IMG/VR virus record: IMGVR_UViG_3300008255_001543 | Span: 1-60,239 of that record | Length of the DNA stretch: 60,239 nucleotides | Origin: a virus | Lineage: Duplodnaviria > Caudoviricetes | Direction: 5' to 3' (one strand) | Shown here: in pieces, positions 35,400 to 44,186 of the stretch | How positions within the stretch are numbered: the first letter of the stretch is position 1 | Layout: each line of letters starts with the position of its first letter | Made by a program: the position numbers and the translations under genes | The notes under the pieces: generated by a model | Seen by the model: only the letters and a program-made list of their open reading frames with translations | The model's database searches: none | What the model was told of the DNA's origin: nothing

Positions 35400-36726
35400 A
35401 TGAATAAAGAAGAAAGAATAGCAGAGCTGCGATTGAAGATACATACTCTCGATGCTAAGATTGAGTTGTTCTCTAATCAGCAGATGGCTTACAAGATCCT
35501 AAAATAGTGGGACCGTGAGCAGCGATGCTCATGTTAACACCGTGTGAATTCAGTGAAGGCTGTCAAATGCTAATACTGAGCCAAGCCACAAAGTGGAAGG
35601 TGCAACGACTATCCGCAAGGAGTACATTCAAGTGAATGGAAGCGCTCGGCAACTCAATGAGTTGAAGATATAGTCTGATCTCATATGAAAATATGAGCTG
35701 GGGAAATCCCGGGAATACCGTAACGCAGTATTTTGAACTCAATGATTAAATAGCCTCTACGGAGCTTTAGCCTCCAAATACTTTCGGTATTTCGATCTGC
35801 GAATAGCCGAGGGTATCACCCTAACAGGCCAAGCTGTCATCCAGCATGCTGAACGAGTCATTAACGCAAAGCTTAATGAGTTCCTTGGCACAAGCGATGT
35901 AGATCGTGTTATTGCCATCGATACTGATTCGCTCTACATCAGCGTTAAGGATGTTATATCGAAATTCAAGCCAAAGGATCCTATCAAGTTCCTTAATGAG
36001 TTTGGTTCTCGATTCATATCTTCGATCTTTGATGAAGCGTTTTCAAAGTTTGCAATTGATCATGGCGCTATCGAAAATCGGATGTTCATGGCTCGGGAAG
36101 TAATTGCTAATCGAGGTATCTGGGTAGCTAAGAAGCGCTACATCTTAAATGTGCTTGATAGTGAGGGGATTACTTTCGCCGAGCCTAAGATCAAGATGAT
36201 GGGTGTTGAAAGCGTGAAGTCATCTACACCTCAGATATGCCGGACAGCGATGAAGTCGATCTTTAGAGTTATTATGAATGAGGATGAGCTTGCGGTTCAA
36301 ACTGCAGTGGCTGAGTTTAAGCAGAAGTTCTTTGCAGCTCGGGTACACGAGATAGCTTTCCCCCGGTCAGTATCTAACGTGGTGAAGTATGCTAATCCCA
36401 CCTCGATATATGTAAAGGGAACACCAATGCACTGCCGGGGCGCTTTGATGTATAATCATTTTCTAAAGGAAAAGAAGCTTCGGAAGTTCCGCACAATATT
36501 CAATGGCGATAAGATCAAATTCGTATATCTTAAGGTGCCCAATCCGATTGGCGAAAATATCATTTCGTTTCCCGATGACAAATTACCCGATGAGTTTGGT
36601 TTGAATCGCTTCATTGACTATGAGTTGCAATTCACAAAGACATACGCTGATCCGATTCAGAGCATCCTAGATGCAGTGGGTTGGAACATCGTACATCAGT
36701 CCACCTTAGAGGATTTCTTTATCTAA
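35400..36726 (+). CDS. 43: DNA polymerase C-terminal subunit (gp43B), join(35400..35500,35745..36726), ~360 aa
   Basis: spliced product reads QQMAYKILLNSLYGAL...DTDS...KKRY. Confidence 0.9.
35501..35744 (+). mobile_element. Group I intron (IA-like, no internal ORF) in polymerase motif B
   Basis: 5' exon ends in U paired to IGS GGGA, terminal G; P7 GACTAT/ATAGTC; GAATTCAGTGAA/AATACTGAGC; P7.1/P7.2, P8, P9 hairpins; removal restores KILLNSLYG. Confidence 0.92.
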
Positions 36727-37673
36727 TGATTGAGTTAACGATATTCAGATCTATCCACGATAACAAGACACATAATCGTGTTGAGTTTGGGACATGGCCG
36801 AAGTTTGTTGCTGCGCTCTTTGAGATGAGTAAGGTTCCTGCCTATAAGCCTGCGAAAGACGAAAGGCCGGGGCCCGGCGCGGCCGTTCTGATTTCTCCAG
36901 CACAATATATGCCCAATACTACCCGAGCTAATGCTAATGTTACGTACTGGGGAGGTTGGGTTGCTTTGGATATCGATAACTACAGCGGATCGTTCAAGGA
37001 AACTCTTGAGATGTTCAAAGATTACGATGGTGTTTGCTATTCCTCAGCTTCATCAAGAAGAGAGCATCCAAAGTTTAGGATTATTTTGCGGTTAACAGAA
37101 ACTGTACCGGTCGAAAAGATTCGGCGCTTTTGGTTTGCTCTTAATCGGGAATTTGGTAATGTAAGCGATCCACAAACCAAGGATCTGTCGAGGATGTATT
37201 ACGTTCCCGCGCAGTACCCAAAGGCGTTCAATTTCATTTTCAAGCTTGGAGGCACGAAGATAGTAGACCCAACGAGGTTTATGTCCACCCACCCATTCGT
37301 CGAGCCGGCCCAAGATTTCTTGTCTAAGCTTCCCGAAAGCGTCCAGCGAGAAGTGATGAAGCAAAGAGAATCGTCATTGACAAATGTGAGTGTGTCATGG
37401 ACATCATATCGAGATTGTCCATTCATTAATCGGAAACTGCTTAAGGAATTCGAAGCCATAGCTTTTCAGGACGGCTCGGGTCGTTATAGCCTCTTCTACA
37501 AGATAATGACGTCTATCGCCGGTGCTGCAGTTCGGGCGAAGTATCCTATCACGCCTTCAGATATCGCCACCCTCATGCTGCAGATTGATTCTGACTTTGG
37601 CGGACGGTATAAAAAGCGGTCTTTAGAGGTAGAAGCGGCTAGGGCAATTAGCTTTGTTTTGAGGAGCTCATGA
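36726..37673 (+). CDS. Primase-polymerase (AEP/PrimPol-like) protein
   Basis: ISPA, ALDID, YSSASS..KFRI, DxxTKDLSRMYY. Confidence 0.75.
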   Translation: MIELTIFRSIHDNKTHNRVEFGTWPKFVAALFEMSKVPAYKPAKDERPGPGAAVLISPAQYMPNTTRANANVTYWGGWVALDIDNYSGSFKETLEMFKDYDGVCYSSASSRREHPKFRIILRLTETVPVEKIRRFWFALNREFGNVSDPQTKDLSRMYYVPAQYPKAFNFIFKLGGTKIVDPTRFMSTHPFVEPAQDFLSKLPESVQREVMKQRESSLTNVSVSWTSYRDCPFINRKLLKEFEAIAFQDGSGRYSLFYKIMTSIAGAAVRAKYPITPSDIATLMLQIDSDFGGRYKKRSLEVEAARAISFVLRSS

Positions 37674-37768
37674 GTCATTTCCAGTCACTCTCAGGACCGT
37701 TTTGGCCAGTCCAGAGGTATATTATCCATCGTACGAGCCCAAATGCACTCCAGAGTGACTCAGGAGCC
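37666..37768. repeat. Palindromic intergenic repeat copy B
   Basis: shares CGTACGAGCCCAAATGCA core with copy A; ends GTGACTCAGGAGCC. Confidence 0.8.
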
Positions 37769-37825
37769 GTAGAAGCCACTACGCCCATCAATGGTTACAC
37801 ACAGTGGTCATTTTTGAATAAAAGA

Positions 37826-37855
37826 GTGTACAAATAAGCTCACCTATGGTATATT
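37826..37855 (+). promoter_or_regulatory. Early promoter GTGTACA-N17-TATATT
   Basis: motif match. Confidence 0.75.
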
Positions 37856-37861
37856 AGTATC

Positions 37862-38082
37862 ATGATTAAGAAGAGGACAGTGAAGGTGTGGTTGGACGAT
37901 GTCCGCCCAATGCCTAAGGAGTTTGACATCCATGTTAAGACGTATGACGAGGCAATAGCAGTAATGGCGCAGCTTCGGGTGCTTTGGAGCAGATTGATTG
38001 GACTGTTCACGGCGCTAATTCCGTAGGTGCAGCGAGAATTACAGCTGCTCTGGCGTCAGCAGACCGGTGCTTGGCATTCTGA
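37862..38082 (+). pseudogene. Cyclic-phosphate-processing receiver-like domain, internally deleted and frameshifted
   Basis: VWLDDVRP...VKTYDEAI in one frame, WTVHGANSVGAARI in another; central SLDHDLG segment missing. Confidence 0.6.
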
Positions 38083-38102
38083 GAGAAAACGATAAGTAAT
38101 AT

Positions 38103-38315
38103 ATGAAGTTATCAACAAACGACCAATTTATGATTCTCGATAAAGCTACACAAAGGTTGGCTTATCCTAAACACAGCTTCAGTAGGAAGTCTGCTGCTAT
38201 AGCGTACTTATCGGGAAAACATAAAGGCATGAAACCACATCAAGCTGATCTGCTGTACGATATTAAGAGTGTATACGAAATATTGCAAAACGCAGTAATG
38301 AACAATGAACAATGA
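38103..38315 (+). CDS. Hypothetical protein
   Basis: ORF in operon. Confidence 0.55.
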   Translation: MKLSTNDQFMILDKATQRLAYPKHSFSRKSAAIAYLSGKHKGMKPHQADLLYDIKSVYEILQNAVMNNEQ

Positions 38316-38324
38316 AAGAGAAAT

Positions 38325-38624
38325 ATGTCATACGAAGATAGAAATATAACGTCCATTCCCGATACCTTGGCTGATGCCGCTGAGTATCTTAACAATCAGC
38401 TTTCGATCATCTCTGATGTCGTCGATATTGCCCCGGATCTCACAGCGCAGATCATTGGCGCTTGGGCTGATTATCATGCGAAGCTGAGTGATAGTGTCAA
38501 CGCATATTTTGATATGGATGATGTCATCAACACCCTGATCTATCTGCGGGGTTGCGATGAGTATCGGGCTGATGCGTTCAGCGAAGTAATTGAGGATCTG
38601 GCTGATAGTTGCCAGATGCTGTAA
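38325..38624 (+). CDS. Hypothetical acidic protein
   Basis: ORF in operon. Confidence 0.6.
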   Translation: MSYEDRNITSIPDTLADAAEYLNNQLSIISDVVDIAPDLTAQIIGAWADYHAKLSDSVNAYFDMDDVINTLIYLRGCDEYRADAFSEVIEDLADSCQML

Positions 38625-38639
38625 TAGGAGAGGTGAAAA

Positions 38640-39083
38640 ATGTCAAGAGACTGGTTTAGTGATATGCGGGATATGCACCGGAAGTTCGGTGTACGAGATT
38701 GGGTGCTAGCAGCTGTAGAGCGGGGTGATAAACCTTTGCTTCAAAAGTATATTGCATTCCGTCTTTTAATGATCAATGAGGAGCTGGCCGAGACCTTCTC
38801 AGCAGCTATGGTTCAGGAAAACCCTGAAGAAGTTGTGGATGGACTTATTGACCTATGTGTATTTGCGATCGGCACTCTTGAGTTGCTGGGTGTGGATGCT
38901 CATAAGGCGTGGGACGAAGTCTATGCCGCTAACATCTCTAAGAGCATCGGTGTTAAAGAAGGCAGGACCAATACCTTTGGCCTTCCGGATTTAGTGAAGT
39001 CTGAGACATGGCAACCGCCTTCTCATGAATCTAATCATGGTGATCTTTCGGCGATATTCGGAATGAATGAGGAGGTAATATGA
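38640..39083 (+). CDS. All-alpha (MazG-like) NTP pyrophosphohydrolase
   Basis: EELAE...EVVDGLIDL...V..AN.SK; PDLVK. Confidence 0.85.
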   Translation: MSRDWFSDMRDMHRKFGVRDWVLAAVERGDKPLLQKYIAFRLLMINEELAETFSAAMVQENPEEVVDGLIDLCVFAIGTLELLGVDAHKAWDEVYAANISKSIGVKEGRTNTFGLPDLVKSETWQPPSHESNHGDLSAIFGMNEEVI

Positions 39084-39499
39084 AATTCGATACAGGCAAA
39101 TCTGCGATCCATTTAATTCCGCCAGAGTGCATCCTTGCGATCGGCGAGGTTTTTGCAATGGGCGCCAAGAAATATGGTGAGAACAACTGGCGGCATGATA
39201 CTGGTAGGACTACATACGGCCGTACGTATGCATCAATTCAGCGGCACTTGCTAGCGGATCGTATGGGTGAGGATCTTGATTCAGAATCTGGCCTTCCACA
39301 TCTTGCCCACGCAATGACGCAACTTTGTATTCTGATGATTCAGAAGAAGCAGTCACCCGAGATGGACGACCGTTGGCCAAAGCAGCCCGGTCCAATTGAT
39401 ATGGGGATGAGCAAGCATGTGCCTGTTCAACCAAAGATTGAAGCAACTCCAGTTACTATTGGTGATTTGGTGGGAATAGAAGAGGGGATGACATGTTAA
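39080..39499 (+). CDS. dATP/dGTP diphosphohydrolase domain protein (DUF5664-like)
   Basis: KFDTGK, GAKKYGENNW, RH, DSESGLPHLAHA. Confidence 0.85.
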   Translation: MKFDTGKSAIHLIPPECILAIGEVFAMGAKKYGENNWRHDTGRTTYGRTYASIQRHLLADRMGEDLDSESGLPHLAHAMTQLCILMIQKKQSPEMDDRWPKQPGPIDMGMSKHVPVQPKIEATPVTIGDLVGIEEGMTC

Positions 39500-40182
39500 T
39501 CACACAAGATATACGCAATCATTTTATTGCAGAACTCGCTGCTGAACACTTCACAATCGATCGTAATGGAAGTAAGACCATCGAAATGATCGGAGCATCA
39601 TTCCTTGCAGATGCAAATTGCATTTTTGGTTTTCCTAACGTCGACTATATCAAAGCAGAGATTGAATGGTATACCCGAGCGATCCCGAATGTGAATATAT
39701 TCAAAGAGTTGTATGAGATCGTGCCGAAGGCCTGGATCTCAACTGGTGATCCTTTTGGCGCTGTCAATTCGAATTATGGTGAATTGGTCTATAGTCCCAA
39801 ATATCATCGGCAATTTGTTCGAGCATGTGACGAGCTGATTCAGAATCCTGACTCTCGTCGGGCTCAGATGGTGTATAATCGGCCATCTATCTGGACAGAA
39901 TATAACGAAGGCGGCAAGAACGATTTCATTTGCACCAATGCTCAGACAATGTACATTCGGGATGGTAAGCTACATATGGTTTGCCAGATGCGCAGCAATG
40001 ACGCACTTTGGGGATACGCAAATGATTACGCCTGGGCCAAACATTTGATGAGCGAAGCTGTCAAGGTTATCAATCATGTAACCGAAGCAGAGATCCCAAT
40101 TGAGATTGGTGATTTGCACTGGCAGGTGATGAACCTCCACGTGTATTTTAGGCACTTTGATTTGGTGAAACAACACATGTAA
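39493..40182 (+). CDS. dCMP hydroxymethylase-like (thymidylate synthase fold, gp42-like)
   Basis: NSNYG, DSRRA, DFICT, MRSND..WG..NDYAW with the dCMP-specifying Asp, LHVY. Confidence 0.8.
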   Translation: MLITQDIRNHFIAELAAEHFTIDRNGSKTIEMIGASFLADANCIFGFPNVDYIKAEIEWYTRAIPNVNIFKELYEIVPKAWISTGDPFGAVNSNYGELVYSPKYHRQFVRACDELIQNPDSRRAQMVYNRPSIWTEYNEGGKNDFICTNAQTMYIRDGKLHMVCQMRSNDALWGYANDYAWAKHLMSEAVKVINHVTEAEIPIEIGDLHWQVMNLHVYFRHFDLVKQHM

Positions 40183-40203
40183 ACTTGCCGGTACAAAGGG
40201 TGC

Positions 40204-40512
40204 TTGTTTAAAGTTAGGAAGCATCATGGATTTGGAGAAGTAAGTCGAAAGCTTAAAGGCAGAATAAGCCCAACTACGGGCATGAAATTCGGCCCTCCTT
40301 CTGAAGAAACACGCCGCAAAATATCAGAAGCGACAAAGGATAAAAATAAAAATAATGCATCAGGAAAAATGGGGCAATATTGGAAAGGTAAAACCTCGCC
40401 AAATTCAAAGGGACTTTATTGCATTGGTTGTCATCAACAATTTGCACCGTCTCGCGCAGATCGCCACAATAAATGCGTGAAAGAATTTTACCAGAAAGTT
40501 AATAATGCATAG
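40204..40512 (+). pseudogene. Homing-endonuclease DNA-binding remnant (NUMOD3-like)
   Basis: SEETRRKISE, C-terminal CIGC...H.KC; no nuclease domain. Confidence 0.55.
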
Positions 40513-40990
40513 TATGGACAAAGACAGAGTAGTTGTTTATTCCCCGAAGTGGGATAAGAGATTCGTGGATCTGGCGAAGCATATTTCGTCGTGGTCTAAA
40601 GATCCTTCGACTCAGATCGGCGCTGTCATCGTCGATCCAAAGACTCAGAAGGTTTTGAGTATGGGTTATAATGGCTTCCCTGCCGGAATTCATGATACCT
40701 ACGAACGTTTGAATGACAGGCCACTGAAGCATTCGTTGGTTGTGCACGGTGAAATGAATGCCATATACAACGCTGCGGCGTGTGGAGTTCTTTTATCCGG
40801 CGCGACTATCTATGTGCAAGGCTTACCAGTATGTAATGAATGTGCTAAGGGAATTATCCAGGTTGGTATTCGACGAGTCGTAATCCGCCACGCCTTTGAT
40901 GTACTCCCTGAACCATGGAAGACCTCAGCCGAACAAAGTGAAGCATTATTAAATGAAGCGGGAGTTGATATAGAATATTATGAAAGGTAA
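40505..40990 (+). CDS. cd: dCMP deaminase
   Basis: SKDPST.IGA, GYNG, HGEMNAI, PVCNECAK. Confidence 0.93.
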   Translation: MHSMDKDRVVVYSPKWDKRFVDLAKHISSWSKDPSTQIGAVIVDPKTQKVLSMGYNGFPAGIHDTYERLNDRPLKHSLVVHGEMNAIYNAAACGVLLSGATIYVQGLPVCNECAKGIIQVGIRRVVIRHAFDVLPEPWKTSAEQSEALLNEAGVDIEYYER

Positions 40991-42227
40991 AATGAAAAAG
41001 AAAAATGTAGTTCTTCTACTTGGTCGAGGAACCGAAGGCTGCGGTGTAACAAAATTCACTCTTGAGCAAAATCGTTGGCTTACCGAAAACGGGTACACCA
41101 CGACAATTTATTCGTTATCGGATAAGACGTGGACTCGTAAGGACGCTCATGATAACACATGCATTGAGTTAGTCAAATTCAAAGACGACGTGGTTTGCGA
41201 TAAAGTCATTGAAGCTTGCAACAAGGCTGACTATGTACTCGTTAACTCCTTGCCGTCTAAGGGCCACCCGCCTGAGGCCATCAAGAACTTTGCACGATTG
41301 CTAAAGAGTCTTAAGGTCCCTATGGTGCTAGTGCAGCTTGATCATATGTCAGCATCCATTGCTCGAAACGAATGCTTGAACGAAGCAATAGATGCTGCTA
41401 AGGTGTTGTTCTCTCTTAGTCCTACTAATGATTTTGGTGAGTATGTGATTGACTATAAAGGAGTTGGGCAGCTGAGTAGCTTCTTCGGTGATGATGAAGT
41501 TGAGATTTTTGACTTCCAGCCGGGATGTTATTTTGATACCATCCGCGACAAATACTGGAAGGACATCAAGGAGCAGGATTCAAAGCGGCATTGTCTCCCT
41601 TGTCGTACAACAAGCTGGAAGGGTTACAACCAGATGTTTTCATTCCATGAGAATTATTTGCGGGCTCATGCTTGTCTAACGATGCTTGAAGGCATTGAGA
41701 GATCCCCGGCATACCTAGGCTTCAAGGAGATCGGCCCATTTGAAGGTCACATCCAAAAGGACGATTCACCTCTTACTGTGGATTTGAGTACGAAGTATGG
41801 TGCTGAGCTTCAGGTCTTCGGGCCTTATGTTCAAGCTGATATGCTAGAGCGTATGTCAAAGACAGCATTCGGATATCAACAGACGATATTCAAGCAGCGC
41901 TATCTGGCCCGTGCTTTAGAGTACACCCACTGCGAAGTGGTTGCGGTTGGTGCATTACCTGTATTCCGAGAAGACTTCGGCCGCCGTTGTCATCATCGTA
42001 TTAGTGGCTTGCCTTTGACTGAATGTAAAGATACCGGCACTGTCTGGTTATCTGAGACGCATGAGGATATGGTAACAGCCTTTCTCTTGATTAAGAAGCT
42101 TGAGAAGGACTTGAAGATGCGGGATGAGTGGCGCCACATGGCCTACGAATTCTATAAGGGCCACCAAGATGCGAACTTCACGTTTGCAGAAATGATTGCT
42201 ACTGCGGAGGCTAAAATTGCGAGTTAA
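40980..42227 (+). CDS. agt: DNA alpha-glucosyltransferase-like (T4 Agt family)
   Basis: GRGTEGCGVTKFTLEQ, RxxxWKG, EGIERS, LEYTHCE match recalled T4 Agt motifs. Confidence 0.82.
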   Translation: MKGKMKKKNVVLLLGRGTEGCGVTKFTLEQNRWLTENGYTTTIYSLSDKTWTRKDAHDNTCIELVKFKDDVVCDKVIEACNKADYVLVNSLPSKGHPPEAIKNFARLLKSLKVPMVLVQLDHMSASIARNECLNEAIDAAKVLFSLSPTNDFGEYVIDYKGVGQLSSFFGDDEVEIFDFQPGCYFDTIRDKYWKDIKEQDSKRHCLPCRTTSWKGYNQMFSFHENYLRAHACLTMLEGIERSPAYLGFKEIGPFEGHIQKDDSPLTVDLSTKYGAELQVFGPYVQADMLERMSKTAFGYQQTIFKQRYLARALEYTHCEVVAVGALPVFREDFGRRCHHRISGLPLTECKDTGTVWLSETHEDMVTAFLLIKKLEKDLKMRDEWRHMAYEFYKGHQDANFTFAEMIATAEAKIAS

Positions 42228-43416
42228 ACATGCTGCTATAGTCCCCCTAATCGGGGGTATGCCGATTGCATCTGAGCACGTCTTTGGTGCACCTCCTGAA
42301 TATGTTCTATCGTATTCACCATTTGCTGCTAATGACGCTCAGTACCGAGCTTATCGACCCAATGTTCCGTACATGCCAATTGATAAGAATGAGGCTAAGT
42401 CATTCAAACTTGCGCCAGTTGATATTGTGTCAACCCTCTGCCCATGCGCAGGGCTATCTTCATTATCACCATCGGCTGCTGCAGAGTCGACTACAAATGA
42501 TTGGATGACAATTACGGCTAAGTATGTTCTATCTGAACTAGAGCCGAAGGTCTTCTGGGGTGAGAATGCTCCAAGGCTTGCATCTAAGATGGGTGAGCCT
42601 ACAGTCAATAAACTGCGAGCAATTGCAGAGGCTAATGGATATACATTCTCATTGTATAAGACGAAGTCAATTCTACATGGTCTTAGTCAGGTGAGGGATC
42701 GGTCGTTCTATTTCTTCTGGCGGGGCGATAAGATTCCGCATTTCAAATACTTCAATCGCGAGCATGAAAAGATCGAAGATGCTATCACAAAGGCGTTTGT
42801 GTCTGATGACGATCCGATGAATGCTCTAGCAAATTCTAAGACTCCGAGCAAGGATCCCTACTATCAATTCATCCGCGAAAAGATATATCCCAATATGTCT
42901 CATGCTAAGATTGTGTCGAAGGTTAAACGCTCAATCAACGGGATGTCACTCATTGAGGAAGCGGGTTTTACTTACAACGAAATCGCTGAATGGATGGATG
43001 CTCATTCATATACTAAACTAGCGAATCGATGTCGGGAGATCCACATCAAGCTTGCAGCAGGCGGTAATGTCATGCGTAAGATTCTTGAGTTTCCCGCAGA
43101 TTACATTGGAGCTTTTGTGGGCCACATGCCAACGCAGCTTATGCATCCGACGGTTGACAGATATCTTACAATCCGAGAGTGCTTGAACATCATGAAGATG
43201 CCCAGAGATTTCATCCTTCAGGGTGGTCTTCGAAACATCAACATGATTTGCCAGTCAGTTCCAATCACAACAGCAGAAGATATTGCTAATGAGATCTTTG
43301 AACATCTAAAGGGCAATCGCGATACGACAACGACGTCATTCCTAGTGCAGGATAATAAGAAGCAGGCTTCGTCGGCAGTTCCGACTGGAGCAACAATTGA
43401 CGAATTCTTCGAATAA
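42196..43416 (+). CDS. Divergent C5-cytosine DNA methyltransferase-fold protein
   Basis: PC(AGLS) motif IV, ENA motif VI, QxRxR motif VIII, RYLTIRE; atypical motif I (VPLIGG). Confidence 0.75.
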   Translation: MLLRRLKLRVKHAAIVPLIGGMPIASEHVFGAPPEYVLSYSPFAANDAQYRAYRPNVPYMPIDKNEAKSFKLAPVDIVSTLCPCAGLSSLSPSAAAESTTNDWMTITAKYVLSELEPKVFWGENAPRLASKMGEPTVNKLRAIAEANGYTFSLYKTKSILHGLSQVRDRSFYFFWRGDKIPHFKYFNREHEKIEDAITKAFVSDDDPMNALANSKTPSKDPYYQFIREKIYPNMSHAKIVSKVKRSINGMSLIEEAGFTYNEIAEWMDAHSYTKLANRCREIHIKLAAGGNVMRKILEFPADYIGAFVGHMPTQLMHPTVDRYLTIRECLNIMKMPRDFILQGGLRNINMICQSVPITTAEDIANEIFEHLKGNRDTTTTSFLVQDNKKQASSAVPTGATIDEFFE

Positions 43417-43424
43417 GGAGTATT

Positions 43425-44132
43425 ATGTTTATTACATTTGAAGGGCCGGAAGGCTGTGGAAAGACAACGCAAGTTAGTCATTTAGTAGAACGCTTATTGT
43501 CCGTTGGGTACGATGTTGTTCGGCTGCGGGAGCCAGGTGGAACCCCACTTGGAGAAGCACTTCGAAATATTGTCCAGCACGATTTGGTGGGATCTGATAT
43601 TTCTCCTCGTGCCGAGACACTGTTGTTTGAAGCCTCGCGCGCGCAACTAGTATATGAAGTCATTAATCCTGCAATAGAACGAGGAGCGATTGTAGTATGC
43701 GATCGATTTATTGATTCGACATTGGCATATCAGGGCTATGGTCGGCATTTTAAGCTCGATACGATTTCCGCCCTTAACGCGTTTGCAATTGATAACGTCT
43801 ATCCGACGCTTACCTTTATGTTAGAACTAAATACCGAAGATGGGTTCGAGCGCATCAGTCGCAATAGACCAGATGGCGCACCTCTAGATCGTATGGAACG
43901 AGAAGGCCTTGAGTTTCACAAGCGTGTAAATGATGGCTATCGTCAATTAGCTCAACATACCGACCGCAACCGCATGGTTATAATTGATGCAAGTCAAACG
44001 ATCCCAACCATTCATACACTCATTTGGGAGCGTGTCATGGAAGAACTAATTTTTGATCATAACCTTCCTTGCTCTAGGCCCATTACAATTGAAGCTCCTC
44101 TCCCCCAGGGGTTTACACATATTCGAAAATAA
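43425..44132 (+). CDS. tmk: Thymidylate kinase
   Basis: FITFEGPEGCGKTT, REPGG, DRF..STLAYQG. Confidence 0.95.
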   Translation: MFITFEGPEGCGKTTQVSHLVERLLSVGYDVVRLREPGGTPLGEALRNIVQHDLVGSDISPRAETLLFEASRAQLVYEVINPAIERGAIVVCDRFIDSTLAYQGYGRHFKLDTISALNAFAIDNVYPTLTFMLELNTEDGFERISRNRPDGAPLDRMEREGLEFHKRVNDGYRQLAQHTDRNRMVIIDASQTIPTIHTLIWERVMEELIFDHNLPCSRPITIEAPLPQGFTHIRK

Positions 44133-44134
44133 TG

Positions 44135-44164
44135 GTGTACATTTGCTAGCATCTATAGTATAAT
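44135..44164 (+). promoter_or_regulatory. Early promoter GTGTACA-N17-TATAAT
   Basis: motif match. Confidence 0.8.
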
Positions 44165-44186
44165 GGATCCATAATAAAGGAAGATT

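Noticed and set aside
35041-35500. Split intein at the gp43A/gp43B break
   Set aside because: No Cys/Ser-initiated IntN or His-Asn-ending IntC; both ends are helical fingers extensions.
35906-36103. 65-aa ORF, and 36082 as the polymerase start
   Set aside because: The first is out of frame within gp43B exon 2; the true frame opens at the intron 3' splice site (35745).
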